A stretch of DNA of 62,540 nucleotides, the filler included. It is 4 parts of 4 records of this genome, joined end to end, with 100 filler letters (N's around TTAATTAATTAA, not from the genome) between each part and the next. Parts side by side here need not be neighbours in the genome. Positions count along the whole stretch, not along the records: positions 1 to 13,044 come from SRR20825006_1562; 3 more parts are not named here. One strand, given 5' to 3'. A model generated the notes under the pieces. It was not told where the DNA came from. It did not search any database and worked only from the letters and a program-made list of their open reading frames with translations. The position numbers and the translations under genes are program-made. Positions 1 through 9,999 of this stretch are shown here, piece by piece (positions within the stretch are counted from its first letter, which is position 1; every line of letters begins with the position of its first letter).

Positions 1-678
1 GTTCAACACATCAGAAGCAGGGCTTGGGTATACAGAAACCATTTCAGCAAGGTTTTCACCAACAGATAACAACTCAACACCAAGAACGTTCATTACGTAT
101 TGATCTTCTGGGAAACCAATTCCTGTAGTTGTAATTGGCTCTGCTATACCACAATCTTCAGAAGATAAATAACTATCATCATTTTCACCTGCAGCATTGA
201 CTCCAGGGAAATAAGTCTCGTCAACGTTAACTCCACTGTCAGCAGCATTTACTTCAAATACTACAATAGATCCAGCAGGAATAGTAGCTGCCAATGGAAC
301 AGTAACTAAAGAAAGATCATCCGCAGAACTACTTGTGTGTGTAGTTGAAGCAACTAAGCTTAAATTTGCAACTGCAAGATCATCAGTATCTGCAGTGTAA
401 ATATTAAGATTGATTAATTTCCCATCATCTGCTGCTCCCTGACCGTATTGAACTTCAGAGACAATAAATGCATCAGTTACGCCAAAATCAGCAAGAACAT
501 AGGCTCTATAAAAAGAATTTTCACTGTAGGTTCCGTCGCCCCCTGAGGCTGGAGAACTCCAACATGCCACGCCACCATCGGTAACGCTAGTTGGATCATC
601 AGATTGAGTAAGAAGTGTTTGAGATTGAACTGACAAAGTCAGTATCATTGCACTAAGAAATAATGTGAGGTTTTTCAT
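1..678 (-). CDS. Secreted T9SS type A sorting-domain protein (3' end runs off window; not in ORF track)
   Basis: My translation from ATG at 678 gives MKNLTLFLSAMILTLSVQSQTLLTQS... (signal peptide), an acidic/Thr-rich body, and ...LLSVGENLAEMVSVYPSPASDVLN, a typical start of a T9SS CTD (YPNP-like). The frame is open to position 1. Confidence 0.85.
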   Translation of the reverse strand, partial: MKNLTLFLSAMILTLSVQSQTLLTQSDDPTSVTDGGVACWSSPASGGDGTYSENSFYRAYVLADFGVTDAFIVSEVQYGQGAADDGKLINLNIYTADTDDLAVANLSLVASTTHTSSSADDLSLVTVPLAATIPAGSIVVFEVNAADSGVNVDETYFPGVNAAGENDDSYLSSEDCGIAEPITTTGIGFPEDQYVMNVLGVELLSVGENLAEMVSVYPSPASDVLN

Positions 679-708
679 AATACTATTTTTAAAAGATTAA
701 TTTAGGAG

Positions 709-716
709 CAAACATA
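709..716 (-). promoter_or_regulatory. Bacteroidetes sigma70 -7 element (TATGTTTG) for the T9SS cargo gene
   Basis: Matches TAnnTTTG about 30 nt upstream of the ATG at 678. Confidence 0.5.
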
Positions 717-875
717 GGAAAATAATATTATAAAGTCTAATACATATAACCCGTTCGTAAGGGATAAACAGTTAATTTTAACAGCTTTTAAAAGCATTTA
801 CCTCAATTTTTTTGAGTTTAAAAACTGATCATCTACAAAAACAATACTTATATCGAATATTTAAATCAAAATAGC

Positions 876-2615
876 ATGAATAATATTTTTTTATTTTTTT
901 ATTTATTTTTCATATTCTCTATCAGCCAAGCGCAAAATCCTCCCACAGTATTTGAAACTTCAAGAAGTACAAATACGGCAAATTATCAACAAATAGTTGA
1001 CTATTATAAGGCTTTAGAAAAACAATTTCCCTCCATAGTTGTTTTAGAAATGGGCCAAACCGATAGCGGAAAACCGCTTCATTTAGCAATTTTTGACCCA
1101 GAAAACAAAGTTGAAAAAAACCACAGCATAAGCTTTTCAAAAAACAACAGAAACCTATTATTAATTAATAACGGTATCCATCCTGGCGAGCCAGACGGAA
1201 TTGATGCTACCATGTTGCTTTTTCGAGATTTGGCTGAAAACAAAATTCCTATTCCTAAAAAAACTATTATTGCCACAATTCCGGTGTATAATATAGGTGG
1301 CGCATTAAACAGAAACAGTACAAGCCGCACCAATCAAAATGGACCCGAAGCCTATGGTTTTCGTGGAAATGCAAGAAATTACGACCTAAATCGTGATTTT
1401 ATTAAAAAGGATACCAAAAACGCAAAAGCTTTTGCTGAGATTTTTCACCTTCTCAATCCAGATTTATTTATAGACAATCATGTTAGTAATGGAGCCGATT
1501 ATCAATACGTACTCACTCATCTTTTTACACAACACAATAAATTAGGTGGCGATATAGGTAATTATCTTCATACATCGTTAATGCCTCAATTAGAGGATTC
1601 TTTACAGCAAAAAGAATGGGATATTACGCCCTACGTAAATGTTTTTAACCAAGTTCCGGAGGCTGGATTTTCTCAGTTTATGGACTCGCCACGGTATTCA
1701 ACAGGCTACACTTCTTTATTTAACACTTTGGGGATGATGGTAGAAACACATATGCTAAAACCCTATAAGCAAAGAGTTGAAGGCACGTATGAACTGATGA
1801 AAACTTTTATTTCGATTGCTGAAAAAGATGCTGAAAAAATAAAATTACTTCGGAAAAATTCTTTTGAAAAGTATAAAGCTGGCAGCTACTACCCTATTTC
1901 ATGGCAAATTGATTCTACAAAACCCACAACACTTAATTTTAAAGGTTTTGAAGGAAAAATGATTCCAAGTAAAATAACTGAGGCCTCACGTTTAAAATAT
2001 TTCCGTGATAAACCTTTTACAAAAAACATCACTTATTTCAATAATTTTAAAGCTACAGATTCTGTAAAAATCCCAGTTTCGTATATTGTTCCAAAAGGGT
2101 ATTGGAATATTATGGAGCTTCTTCAATTGAATAAAATTGAGTTTTCTGAAATTAAAAAAGACACAATCATTTCTGCTGAAGTATATCGTATAAGCAACTA
2201 CGAAACCGTAAAAAATCCTTTCGAAGGGCATTACCTTCATTACAAAACTAAAATATCAAAAAACATAGAAAATGTTGGTGTAAAAAAAGGAGATTTCCTT
2301 GTAAGCACCAATCAAACAGGGGTGCGCTATTTACTGGAAACACTGGAGCCAATGGCAACTGATTCTTTTTTTAATTGGAATTTATTTGACGCAATTCTTC
2401 AGCAAAAAGAAGGTTTTTCACCTTATGTATGGGAAGATATGGCGGAAAAACTTCTAAATGAGAACCCTGAAATCAAAAAAGAATTTGAAAGCAAAAAAAG
2501 TACGGATCCAGTTTTTAAGAAAAACTGGTATATGCAATTAGATTGGATTCATAAAAAATCTCCTAACTATGAAAAATCACATCTTCGTTATCCTATCGTT
2601 CGGGTGGGTGGTTAA
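876..2615 (+). CDS. M14 family zinc carboxypeptidase, secreted
   Basis: Signal peptide; HPGE zinc motif (GIHPGEPDG), DLNRDF, DNH. Confidence 0.85.
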   Translation: MNNIFLFFYLFFIFSISQAQNPPTVFETSRSTNTANYQQIVDYYKALEKQFPSIVVLEMGQTDSGKPLHLAIFDPENKVEKNHSISFSKNNRNLLLINNGIHPGEPDGIDATMLLFRDLAENKIPIPKKTIIATIPVYNIGGALNRNSTSRTNQNGPEAYGFRGNARNYDLNRDFIKKDTKNAKAFAEIFHLLNPDLFIDNHVSNGADYQYVLTHLFTQHNKLGGDIGNYLHTSLMPQLEDSLQQKEWDITPYVNVFNQVPEAGFSQFMDSPRYSTGYTSLFNTLGMMVETHMLKPYKQRVEGTYELMKTFISIAEKDAEKIKLLRKNSFEKYKAGSYYPISWQIDSTKPTTLNFKGFEGKMIPSKITEASRLKYFRDKPFTKNITYFNNFKATDSVKIPVSYIVPKGYWNIMELLQLNKIEFSEIKKDTIISAEVYRISNYETVKNPFEGHYLHYKTKISKNIENVGVKKGDFLVSTNQTGVRYLLETLEPMATDSFFNWNLFDAILQQKEGFSPYVWEDMAEKLLNENPEIKKEFESKKSTDPVFKKNWYMQLDWIHKKSPNYEKSHLRYPIVRVGG

Positions 2616-3206
2616 ATATTCTTTAGGGAAAAGTAATTTTATGTTTTCGTATGAATCGAGCAGTGCTTTCTGTGATTTTTCAAAATTCTTCCACTTCGCC
2701 TTTTTAATACCCTCTTCGGGTTGGGGAACTAGTGGGCCGTCATAATCGCTATACATTTCGTACCAATATGTTATTTTCAATCGAAATTTATTATTTCGTG
2801 TAAAAACATGGTAAGTTTTCATCATAAAATCACGAATCTCAAGGTTTTGCACCCCAGTTTCTTCCATTACTTCGCGGATTGCTGCAGCTTCATGGGTCTC
2901 GCCTTTTTCAATTTTACCTTTGGGAAGGTCCCACTTTTTATTACGACGGATAAATAGAATTTCTTTTTTGCTATTATAAACCATTCCACCAGCGGCTTCA
3001 ACAACTTTAATTTTCTTCCGAAGAAAAAGTTCTAGTTTTTCAGCATTTTTATGGTAGAGGTTTACATAGAGCAGTTCGCCGTTGTTTATCTTTTTCACCA
3101 ACTTTTTAAAACGTGCCTGTTTTAAAGGAATGGTAGTATAGTGTTCACCAATATTTTTCTTTGTAGATAGAATAATGGGGATTTCTTTTACAAAAACTTT
3201 ATACAT
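2577..3206 (-). CDS. NUDIX hydrolase
   Basis: Nudix box GKIEKGETHEAAAIREVMEETG; likely start MYKVF (ATG at 3206) rather than 3227. Confidence 0.9.
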   Translation of the reverse strand: MYKVFVKEIPIILSTKKNIGEHYTTIPLKQARFKKLVKKINNGELLYVNLYHKNAEKLELFLRKKIKVVEAAGGMVYNSKKEILFIRRNKKWDLPKGKIEKGETHEAAAIREVMEETGVQNLEIRDFMMKTYHVFTRNNKFRLKITYWYEMYSDYDGPLVPQPEEGIKKAKWKNFEKSQKALLDSYENIKLLFPKEYLTTHPNDRITKM

Positions 3207-3213
3207 TTGTACA

Positions 3214-3855
3214 ATGATATTAAACAAAGAAACGGCACAAAAAACCGCTGCGTTATTATTGCAAATTAATGCAATAAAATTACAACCACAAAACCCTTTT
3301 ACATGGGCATCTGGGTGGAAATCTCCAATTTATTGCGATAACCGCATCACACTTTCGTATCCAGTAATACGAAATTACATTCGTGAAAACCTTGCTAAAC
3401 AGATTGAGGAAATCTACGGAAAGCCTGAAATGATTGCTGGTGTAGCTACAGGAGCAATTGGTATTGGCGCATTAGTGGCAGACTATTTGAATGTACCATT
3501 TTGCTATGTTCGTCCTGAAGCAAAAGGACATGGACGTCAAAATAAAATTGAAGGTTATTTAGAACCAAACACAAATGTAGTGGTTGTGGAAGACCTTATA
3601 AGTACCGGAAAAAGCAGTTTAATGGCAGTTGAAGCGTTAAATGAAGCCAATGCGAACGTAAAAGGTATGTTGGCTATTTTTAGCTATGGTTTTAATATTG
3701 CGGATGAAAATTTTAAAAATGCAGCCGTTGCTTTGAATACTCTTAGCAATTATGAAACATTACTTGAAGAAGCTGAAAAATCAAAATACATAAACGCTGA
3801 CGAAGCAAAATTACTTTCAGAATGGCGTGAAAATCCTGCTGTTTGGGGGAAATAA
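3214..3855 (+). CDS. pyrE: Orotate phosphoribosyltransferase
   Basis: FTWASGWKSPIYCD, PRPP-binding VVVEDLISTGKS; likely start MILNK at 3214. Confidence 0.95.
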   Translation: MILNKETAQKTAALLLQINAIKLQPQNPFTWASGWKSPIYCDNRITLSYPVIRNYIRENLAKQIEEIYGKPEMIAGVATGAIGIGALVADYLNVPFCYVRPEAKGHGRQNKIEGYLEPNTNVVVVEDLISTGKSSLMAVEALNEANANVKGMLAIFSYGFNIADENFKNAAVALNTLSNYETLLEEAEKSKYINADEAKLLSEWRENPAVWGK

Positions 3856-3897
3856 TAGTTTAAAAAAAATGCAACTAAGAATAAAAAAATAATTTCG

Positions 3898-4290
3898 ATG
3901 AAATTAAATAGTAAAAAAGTAACCGTTCAAAAATCTGCTGAAGCACTCTGTGATTTTTTAACCGATGTGAAAAATTTCGAAACATTAATGCCAGAAAACA
4001 TTAGCAAGTTTGAAGTTATCAGAGAAAATGCCTTCATTTTTGCATTAAAAGGAATGCCAGAAATTGCTCTAGAAGTAAAAGAAGTTGAAAAACCAAACAA
4101 AGTTGTTTTGGGTGCAATTAGCGATAAAATTCCTTTTTCATTAACGGGAAATATTCAAGAAATTTCGGAAAACACTTCGACTGTTGAATTGCTTTTTGAA
4201 GGTGAATTTAATACGATGATGGCAATGATGGTAAAAGGACCCATTTCGAAATTTATTGAAACACTTGCCTCAAATTTAGAACAAGTTTAA
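3898..4290 (+). CDS. SRPBCC/CoxG-like protein
   Basis: 130 aa, DFLTDVKNFETLMPE pattern; commonly follows pyrE in Flavobacteriaceae. Confidence 0.65.
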   Translation: MKLNSKKVTVQKSAEALCDFLTDVKNFETLMPENISKFEVIRENAFIFALKGMPEIALEVKEVEKPNKVVLGAISDKIPFSLTGNIQEISENTSTVELLFEGEFNTMMAMMVKGPISKFIETLASNLEQV

Positions 4291-4332
4291 AGGATTTCAG
4301 TTTCGATTTCAATTTCAATATAGATTTCATTT

Positions 4333-5064
4333 TCAGTACATCAATTTCACTTCTTTAAGTTGAAATTTTTGCAAGGAATCATTTTCGGTTTCCACCAAAA
4401 GTTCCCCACTATCTGAAACACCTTTTATTATTCCATTAAAGCCGAGGCCATTGTTTTTCTCAAAAAATGAAACCATATCTTTTCTAAATAAATCTTTTTC
4501 ATAAAGAATTTTCATTTCTAAAAAATCTTTAGCTGAAAGATTTTCTAAATTTTTGAAAATAGCATTTAATAGTACTTGCAAAACTTCCGCTAATTGAAAC
4601 GTTTTCCCTGTTTCCAATTTAAAAGAACTTGCTTGCGGTAAAGCTGGGAAATCAGTTTCATTTACATTTATACCAATTCCTATTACGGAATATTTTACAT
4701 TACTGCCTTCCAGAATATTTTCAATTAAAATACCGCCTATTTTTTTTTTGGCTGACAATATGTCGTTTGGCCATTTTATTGAAATATTTGGAATTTGAAG
4801 TGCTTTTATTGCTTCAGAAATACCCAATGAAACCGCCATTGAAATCATAAATTGTCGTTCCACATCAAGTGCTTCAAAATACTTTAACACACTAAAAGTA
4901 AGGCTTTGGCCTTCTCTGGAGAGCCACCCATTGCCCATTTGCCCACGCCCAGAAAGTTGGTTGTTAGCCACCACAACAGTTTTATCTTCTGGGTACGTTT
5001 CTTTTGCCAACTGCTTTAAGTAAGTGTTGGTAGAATCGATGGCATTAAGTTTGATTAAGTTCAA
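4333..5064 (-). CDS. birA: Biotin--[acetyl-CoA-carboxylase] ligase (class I, no HTH)
   Basis: DSTN, QLSGRGQMGNGW, KWPND, KIGGILIE motifs; probable TTG start at 5064. Confidence 0.92.
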   Translation of the reverse strand: MNLIKLNAIDSTNTYLKQLAKETYPEDKTVVVANNQLSGRGQMGNGWLSREGQSLTFSVLKYFEALDVERQFMISMAVSLGISEAIKALQIPNISIKWPNDILSAKKKIGGILIENILEGSNVKYSVIGIGINVNETDFPALPQASSFKLETGKTFQLAEVLQVLLNAIFKNLENLSAKDFLEMKILYEKDLFRKDMVSFFEKNNGLGFNGIIKGVSDSGELLVETENDSLQKFQLKEVKLMY

Positions 5065-5121
5065 AAGGATAAATAAGATTAGTATTACGCGTTTAAGGCG
5101 CTTCAAGAAACAAAAAAGTAA

Positions 5122-5129
5122 TAACTTTG
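5122..5129 (+). promoter_or_regulatory. Bacteroidetes -7 promoter element TAACTTTG for rsfS-ftsH
   Basis: Exact TAnnTTTG 23 nt upstream of rsfS ATG. Confidence 0.6.
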
Positions 5130-5152
5130 CGAAAAGTAAAGAAATATAATTA

Positions 5153-5524
5153 ATGCAGAAAAAACAAGCAGGAACAGATCAACTTATTACTCAAATAATA
5201 CGAGGGATTGAAGACGTAAAAGGAAAAGATGTTGAAATTCTTGACCTCAGAGAAATAGAAAATACAGTTTGTGACTATTTTATAATATGCAATGGTACTT
5301 CAAACACACAAGTTAATGCCATTGTAAACTCTATTCAAAAATCAGTAAGCAAAGCTTTAAAGGAAAAACCATGGCACGTTGAAGGAAGCGACAACTCCGA
5401 GTGGATACTAATGGATTATGTGCACGTTGTTGTGCATGTATTTCAAAAGCATATTCGTGAGTTTTATGATATTGAAGGACTTTGGGGAGATGCAAAATCA
5501 GTTAAAATAGAAACAACAAATTAA
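5153..5524 (+). CDS. rsfS: Ribosome silencing factor
   Basis: DYFIICNG, WILMDY..VVVHVF...REFYDIEGLWGDA. Confidence 0.95.
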   Translation: MQKKQAGTDQLITQIIRGIEDVKGKDVEILDLREIENTVCDYFIICNGTSNTQVNAIVNSIQKSVSKALKEKPWHVEGSDNSEWILMDYVHVVVHVFQKHIREFYDIEGLWGDAKSVKIETTN

Positions 5525-5539
5525 AAAGAAATTTGCCTT

Positions 5540-7495
5540 ATGGCTGAAGAAAATAAAAACAAAAAGAACGATTCCAAAAAGCCAAAGGCTACTTATTATT
5601 GGATCTATATTGCAATAGCCCTACTTTTTTTGGGTCTAAATATTTTTGGCGGAGGAAGCTGGTCACAGCCTGCTAAAACAAATCAGGCAAAATTTGAAGA
5701 ATTTTTGAAAGAAGGTGATGTTGAAAAAGTAGACGTTATCAATAAAAAAATTGCAAAAGTTTACCTTACTGATGTTGCAAAAGAAAAAGAAATTCATGCC
5801 AAAAAAGGCAATACACCTTCGTTTTTAGCGCCAGGACCAAATGACCCAGACTATCAGTTTGAATTTGGGGACCTACAACTATTTCAAAATGATTTTCAAG
5901 AAATAAGAGCTGAAAATAACCTAACCACAACTTTAAATTTCGACACTGACAGTAATGTTTGGGGAGATATTTTAATGGGAATATTACCATTTGTAATCAT
6001 CATCGGAATCTGGATATTCATCATGCGTAGAATGTCTTCAGGCGCTGGTGGCGGTGCTGGTGGGCAATTGTTCAACATAGGGAAATCTAAAGCAAAACTT
6101 TTTGACGAAAAAACAGACGTAAAAACCTCATTTAAAGACGTTGCAGGTTTGGAAGGCGCCAAAGAAGAAGTACAAGAAATTGTAGATTTTTTAAAAAACC
6201 CAGACAAGTATACTTCATTAGGAGGAAAAATTCCAAAAGGAGCACTTTTAGTAGGCCCTCCTGGAACTGGAAAAACATTATTAGCAAAAGCTGTTGCCGG
6301 TGAAGCTAAAGTTCCTTTCTTTTCTCTTTCTGGTTCAGATTTTGTTGAAATGTTTGTGGGTGTAGGAGCATCACGTGTACGCGATCTTTTTAAACAAGCA
6401 AAAGACAAGTCTCCAGCAATTATTTTTATTGATGAAATTGATGCTATTGGTCGTGCTCGTGGAAAAAATAATTTTTCAGGAAGCAATGATGAACGTGAAA
6501 ACACATTAAACCAACTATTAACAGAAATGGATGGTTTTGGCACAAATACAAACGTAATTGTACTTGCTGCAACCAACCGTGCAGATGTGTTAGACAAAGC
6601 ATTAATGCGTGCTGGGCGTTTTGATAGGCAAATTTATGTAGATCTTCCAGACGTTCGTGAACGTAAAGAGATTTTTGAAGTGCATTTACGCCCAATAAAA
6701 AAGGACGATAACCTAGATACTGATTTTCTTTCAAAGCAAACCCCAGGGTTCTCTGGCGCCGACATTGCAAATGTATGTAATGAAGCTGCACTTATCGCTG
6801 CTCGAAATGGCAAAAAATCTGTAGGAAAACAAGACTTTCTTGATGCGGTAGATAGAATTGTAGGTGGTCTTGAAAAGAAAAATAAAATAATGACAATGGA
6901 CGAAAAACGTGCCATTGCATACCATGAAGCAGGTCACGCAACTGTAAGCTGGATGCTCGAGCATGCCGCACCTTTAGTGAAAGTTACAATTGTTCCACGT
7001 GGGCAATCTTTGGGCGCAGCTTGGTATCTACCTGAAGAAAGACTAATTATTCGCCCAGAGCAAATGCTCGATGAAATGTGCGCTGCCCTTGGTGGTCGTG
7101 CTGCTGAAAAAGTAATTTTTAATAGAATTTCTACTGGCGCATTGAGTGACTTAGAAAAAGTAACCAAACAAGCAAGAGCGATGGTCACTATATATGGGTT
7201 GAATGATAAGATTGGAAACCTTACGTATTATGACAGTAGCGGACAATCAGAATACAACTTCTCTAAACCCTACAGTGAAAAAACTGCCGAACTTATTGAT
7301 AAAGAAATTTCTTTACTCATAGAAAGTCAATACGATCGAGCTATAAAACTATTGGAAGAGAACAAAGACAAGTTAACTGAATTGGCAAATGTACTTCTTG
7401 AAAAAGAAGTTATTTTCAAAGACAATCTTCAAAAAATATTTGGCGATCGTCCTTTTCAAGTACCTGAAGAGGCTACAAGAGTTACAACAAATTAA
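5540..7495 (+). CDS. ftsH: ATP-dependent zinc metalloprotease FtsH
   Basis: Two TM helices, Walker A GPPGTGKT, Walker [17 protein letters not shown]. Confidence 0.98.
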   Translation: MAEENKNKKNDSKKPKATYYWIYIAIALLFLGLNIFGGGSWSQPAKTNQAKFEEFLKEGDVEKVDVINKKIAKVYLTDVAKEKEIHAKKGNTPSFLAPGPNDPDYQFEFGDLQLFQNDFQEIRAENNLTTTLNFDTDSNVWGDILMGILPFVIIIGIWIFIMRRMSSGAGGGAGGQLFNIGKSKAKLFDEKTDVKTSFKDVAGLEGAKEEVQEIVDFLKNPDKYTSLGGKIPKGALLVGPPGTGKTLLAKAVAGEAKVPFFSLSGSDFVEMFVGVGASRVRDLFKQAKDKSPAIIFIDEIDAIGRARGKNNFSGSNDERENTLNQLLTEMDGFGTNTNVIVLAATNRADVLDKALMRAGRFDRQIYVDLPDVRERKEIFEVHLRPIKKDDNLDTDFLSKQTPGFSGADIANVCNEAALIAARNGKKSVGKQDFLDAVDRIVGGLEKKNKIMTMDEKRAIAYHEAGHATVSWMLEHAAPLVKVTIVPRGQSLGAAWYLPEERLIIRPEQMLDEMCAALGGRAAEKVIFNRISTGALSDLEKVTKQARAMVTIYGLNDKIGNLTYYDSSGQSEYNFSKPYSEKTAELIDKEISLLIESQYDRAIKLLEENKDKLTELANVLLEKEVIFKDNLQKIFGDRPFQVPEEATRVTTN

Positions 7496-7583
7496 GTCTT
7501 TTTGCTTTTAAGCTGTAAAACTTCAATATAGATTTTATATATTTGAAGATTGACGTATTTATGAACTCCTCAATGAAGTATTA

Positions 7584-8195
7584 ATGAGTCTATTTAAAAG
7601 ACTTTTAAATCCAAACTATAAATCGGACGAGAAGGCCAAGCGTGCCGACAACGTTGACCATAGTAGCTATTACCCTGAGCAAAAACTTCCTATTGATGAA
7701 AAATTTACTTTTAACTTCAAAAAGAATGGAGGTAAATTTATTTATTGTGAAAACTGGGAAGAAGTAAAGGAGTATTTTGACAACATAATGCTGGAAAACG
7801 ATTGGTATGAGCAAGATGTTTATTGCATAAATGAACAGCTTTGCAAAAAATTTGATGGCTTCAATCTTAATTTCGTCAAAAATATTGAATCCACTTTTTT
7901 CCTCTCTACTTGTGAATCTTTAGTATCAAACAACGGGTCTATTTTGCTTTCTTCCAATCAAATTAAAGAAAAAAAGCTAAATGAACTCCCTTCTAACTTT
8001 GTGGTTTTTGCTACTACTAGTCAGTTAGTAGATACCATAAGTGAAGGTTTAAGAAACATAAAAAACCAAAGTACAGGTTACATTCCTAGCAACATCACTA
8101 CCATTCAAGACTTTGAAACTGAAAAAGAAAAAGATTTTATGAGTTATGGAAGTAGCACAAAAAACCTATATTTGTTGTTACTGGAAGACTTATAA
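7584..8195 (+). CDS. LUD-domain (LutC/YkgG-like) protein
   Basis: CESLVSNNGSILLSS and LPSNFVVFATTSQL patterns; usual position between ftsH and cdsA; TATATTTG promoter box at 7538-7545. Confidence 0.65.
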   Translation: MSLFKRLLNPNYKSDEKAKRADNVDHSSYYPEQKLPIDEKFTFNFKKNGGKFIYCENWEEVKEYFDNIMLENDWYEQDVYCINEQLCKKFDGFNLNFVKNIESTFFLSTCESLVSNNGSILLSSNQIKEKKLNELPSNFVVFATTSQLVDTISEGLRNIKNQSTGYIPSNITTIQDFETEKEKDFMSYGSSTKNLYLLLLEDL

Positions 8196-8196
8196 T

Positions 8197-9030
8197 ATGA
8201 AGGAAATTCTTGTACGAACCCTCTCGGGCGTATTATACATTTCGATCATCATCTTTGCAATGTTCACATCTCGTGAATGGTTTATGGGACTTTTTTTTGT
8301 ACTTGCTGTTATCACATTAAGTGAATACTTAAAGCTTGTACATTTAACAAGTTACTTAGCCTACTTTCTACTTGCAGCAGCTTTTTATTTTTTAAGTTAT
8401 CGTGTTTTTGATATTAATGCGGTGTATCTTTTCTTGATTTTAAGCGGTTTTGTAAATCTTTTTTTACTTAAAGACGTATTATGGACAAGCAAAATACCCA
8501 TGTTTGAAAAAAAGAAATACGTTACCGTAATTCTATACATTATTAGCGGCTTTGTTTTTCTTACACTTATACCCATTATGGATGTGGACGGTAAGTTTAT
8601 TCCCGAACTAATTGTAGCAGTTTTTATACTCATTTGGTGTAACGACACCTTCGCATATCTTGTAGGAAAAAACTTTGGAAAACATAAACTATTAGAGCGT
8701 ATTTCACCAAAAAAGACTATTGAAGGTTTTGTGGGTGGAATGATTGGCGCTCTTTTAGCAGGAATTGTTATCTTTAAGCTGTTGGAAAATTACAGACCAA
8801 TGGATGCTGAAAAATATCCACTTTGGGTTTGGATTACAATGGCAATTATAGTTGCTATTTTTGGAACTATTGGCGATTTAATTCAATCAAAGTTTAAAAG
8901 ACAAGCCGGTGTTAAAGACAGCGGTATTATTATGCCTGGCCACGGAGGGCTCTATGACCGGCTAGACAGCATTATTTACGCAAGCCCATTTGTTTATGCA
9001 TTTTTATTGATAGTTGACAATGTTTCATAA
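8197..9030 (+). CDS. cdsA: Phosphatidate cytidylyltransferase
   Basis: ISPKKTIEG, KDSG..MPGHGGLYDRLDS; multi-TM; start MKEIL at 8197. Confidence 0.95.
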   Translation: MKEILVRTLSGVLYISIIIFAMFTSREWFMGLFFVLAVITLSEYLKLVHLTSYLAYFLLAAAFYFLSYRVFDINAVYLFLILSGFVNLFLLKDVLWTSKIPMFEKKKYVTVILYIISGFVFLTLIPIMDVDGKFIPELIVAVFILIWCNDTFAYLVGKNFGKHKLLERISPKKTIEGFVGGMIGALLAGIVIFKLLENYRPMDAEKYPLWVWITMAIIVAIFGTIGDLIQSKFKRQAGVKDSGIIMPGHGGLYDRLDSIIYASPFVYAFLLIVDNVS

Positions 9031-9670
9031 AGAAGGTTTTAAAATTATTTTTACAGCACTAGTTATCGTTATCGGAGCTAGTCTTTTAGCAAATTTTTTT
9101 GTTGAAAACACTACCATTCGTGGTGGTATTATTATTTCATTAATAGTAATTCTTCTTTTAGTATTACAATTTTTTAGAAATCCTAAAAGAAATTTTTTAG
9201 TACAACCAGACAATGTTCTTTCTCCTGTTGATGGAAAAGTAGTAGTTATTGAAGAAGTTTTTGAAAAAGAATATTTCAAAGACAAAAGGTTGCAGGTTTC
9301 TGTCTTTATGTCTCCAATTAATGTACACGTAACCCGATACCCAGTTGGTGGAAAAGTGGTTTATAGCAAATACCATCCTGGAAAATACTTAGTTGCTTGG
9401 CACCCAAAATCATCTGAAGAAAACGAACGCACCACAGTTGTTGTAAAAAACGAAGCTTTTGGTGAAATCTTATACCGCCAAATAGCTGGAGCTTTAGCAA
9501 AGCGAATTGTTAATTATGCTGAACCAAACACTGAAGTTTCACAAGCCAGCGACAGTGGTTTTATAAAATTTGGCTCGCGCGTAGATGTGTATCTCCCTAT
9601 TGGCACCAAAGTAAACGTTCAACTGAACCAAAAGGTAAAAGGAGGGATTTCTATAATTGCAGAAAAATAA
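9020..9670 (+). CDS. psd: Phosphatidylserine decarboxylase proenzyme
   Basis: FFRNP, SPVDGKV, FMSPINVH, FGSRVD self-cleavage motif. Confidence 0.95.
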   Translation: MFHKEGFKIIFTALVIVIGASLLANFFVENTTIRGGIIISLIVILLLVLQFFRNPKRNFLVQPDNVLSPVDGKVVVIEEVFEKEYFKDKRLQVSVFMSPINVHVTRYPVGGKVVYSKYHPGKYLVAWHPKSSEENERTTVVVKNEAFGEILYRQIAGALAKRIVNYAEPNTEVSQASDSGFIKFGSRVDVYLPIGTKVNVQLNQKVKGGISIIAEK

Positions 9671-9936
9671 TGACTTCGGAAGAATTAGATATCGCTTTTA
9701 GAACCGCTGTAGCTAGCATAAACGAGCATACAGAACCTTTTCCAGCAGATTTTTTATTACGGCTATACTCTTATTACAAAAAAGCTACGGGTGATCAAGA
9801 TTTACCCAGCAGCAACAACCCATTGATAACTGCTTTTAAAACCAATGCCCTTTTTCAAGCAAAAAACTTAACTCCAGATGAAGCCAAAACACTTTATGTT
9901 GAAGCAGTAAATCATTATTTTTTGTACAGAAAATAA
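9670..9936 (+). CDS. Acyl-CoA-binding protein
   Basis: LLRLYSYYKKATGD and AKTLYVEAV match the ACBP signature; its ATG overlaps the psd stop by 1 nt (TAATG). Confidence 0.8.
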   Translation: MTSEELDIAFRTAVASINEHTEPFPADFLLRLYSYYKKATGDQDLPSSNNPLITAFKTNALFQAKNLTPDEAKTLYVEAVNHYFLYRK

Positions 9937-9956
9937 AATACGTTTAAAATAACTTA

Positions 9957-9995
9957 AAAAAAGCCCTTACACTTCAAAGTGTGTAAGGGCGTTTT
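9957..9995. terminator. Bidirectional intrinsic terminator between ACBP and valS
   Basis: Stem GCCCTTACAC (9963-9972) / GTGTAAGGGC (9981-9990), with an A-run on the left and a T-run on the right. Confidence 0.8.
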
Positions 9996-9999
9996 ATGT

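Noticed and set aside
4291-4335. Hexamer-like TTTCRA run between convergent SRPBCC and birA genes
   Set aside because: Low-complexity AT-rich tract with no spacer structure or clear hairpin.
5896-7188. Antisense ORFs within ftsH (e.g. 233 aa)
   Set aside because: Common antisense shadows of conserved genes; no independent motifs.
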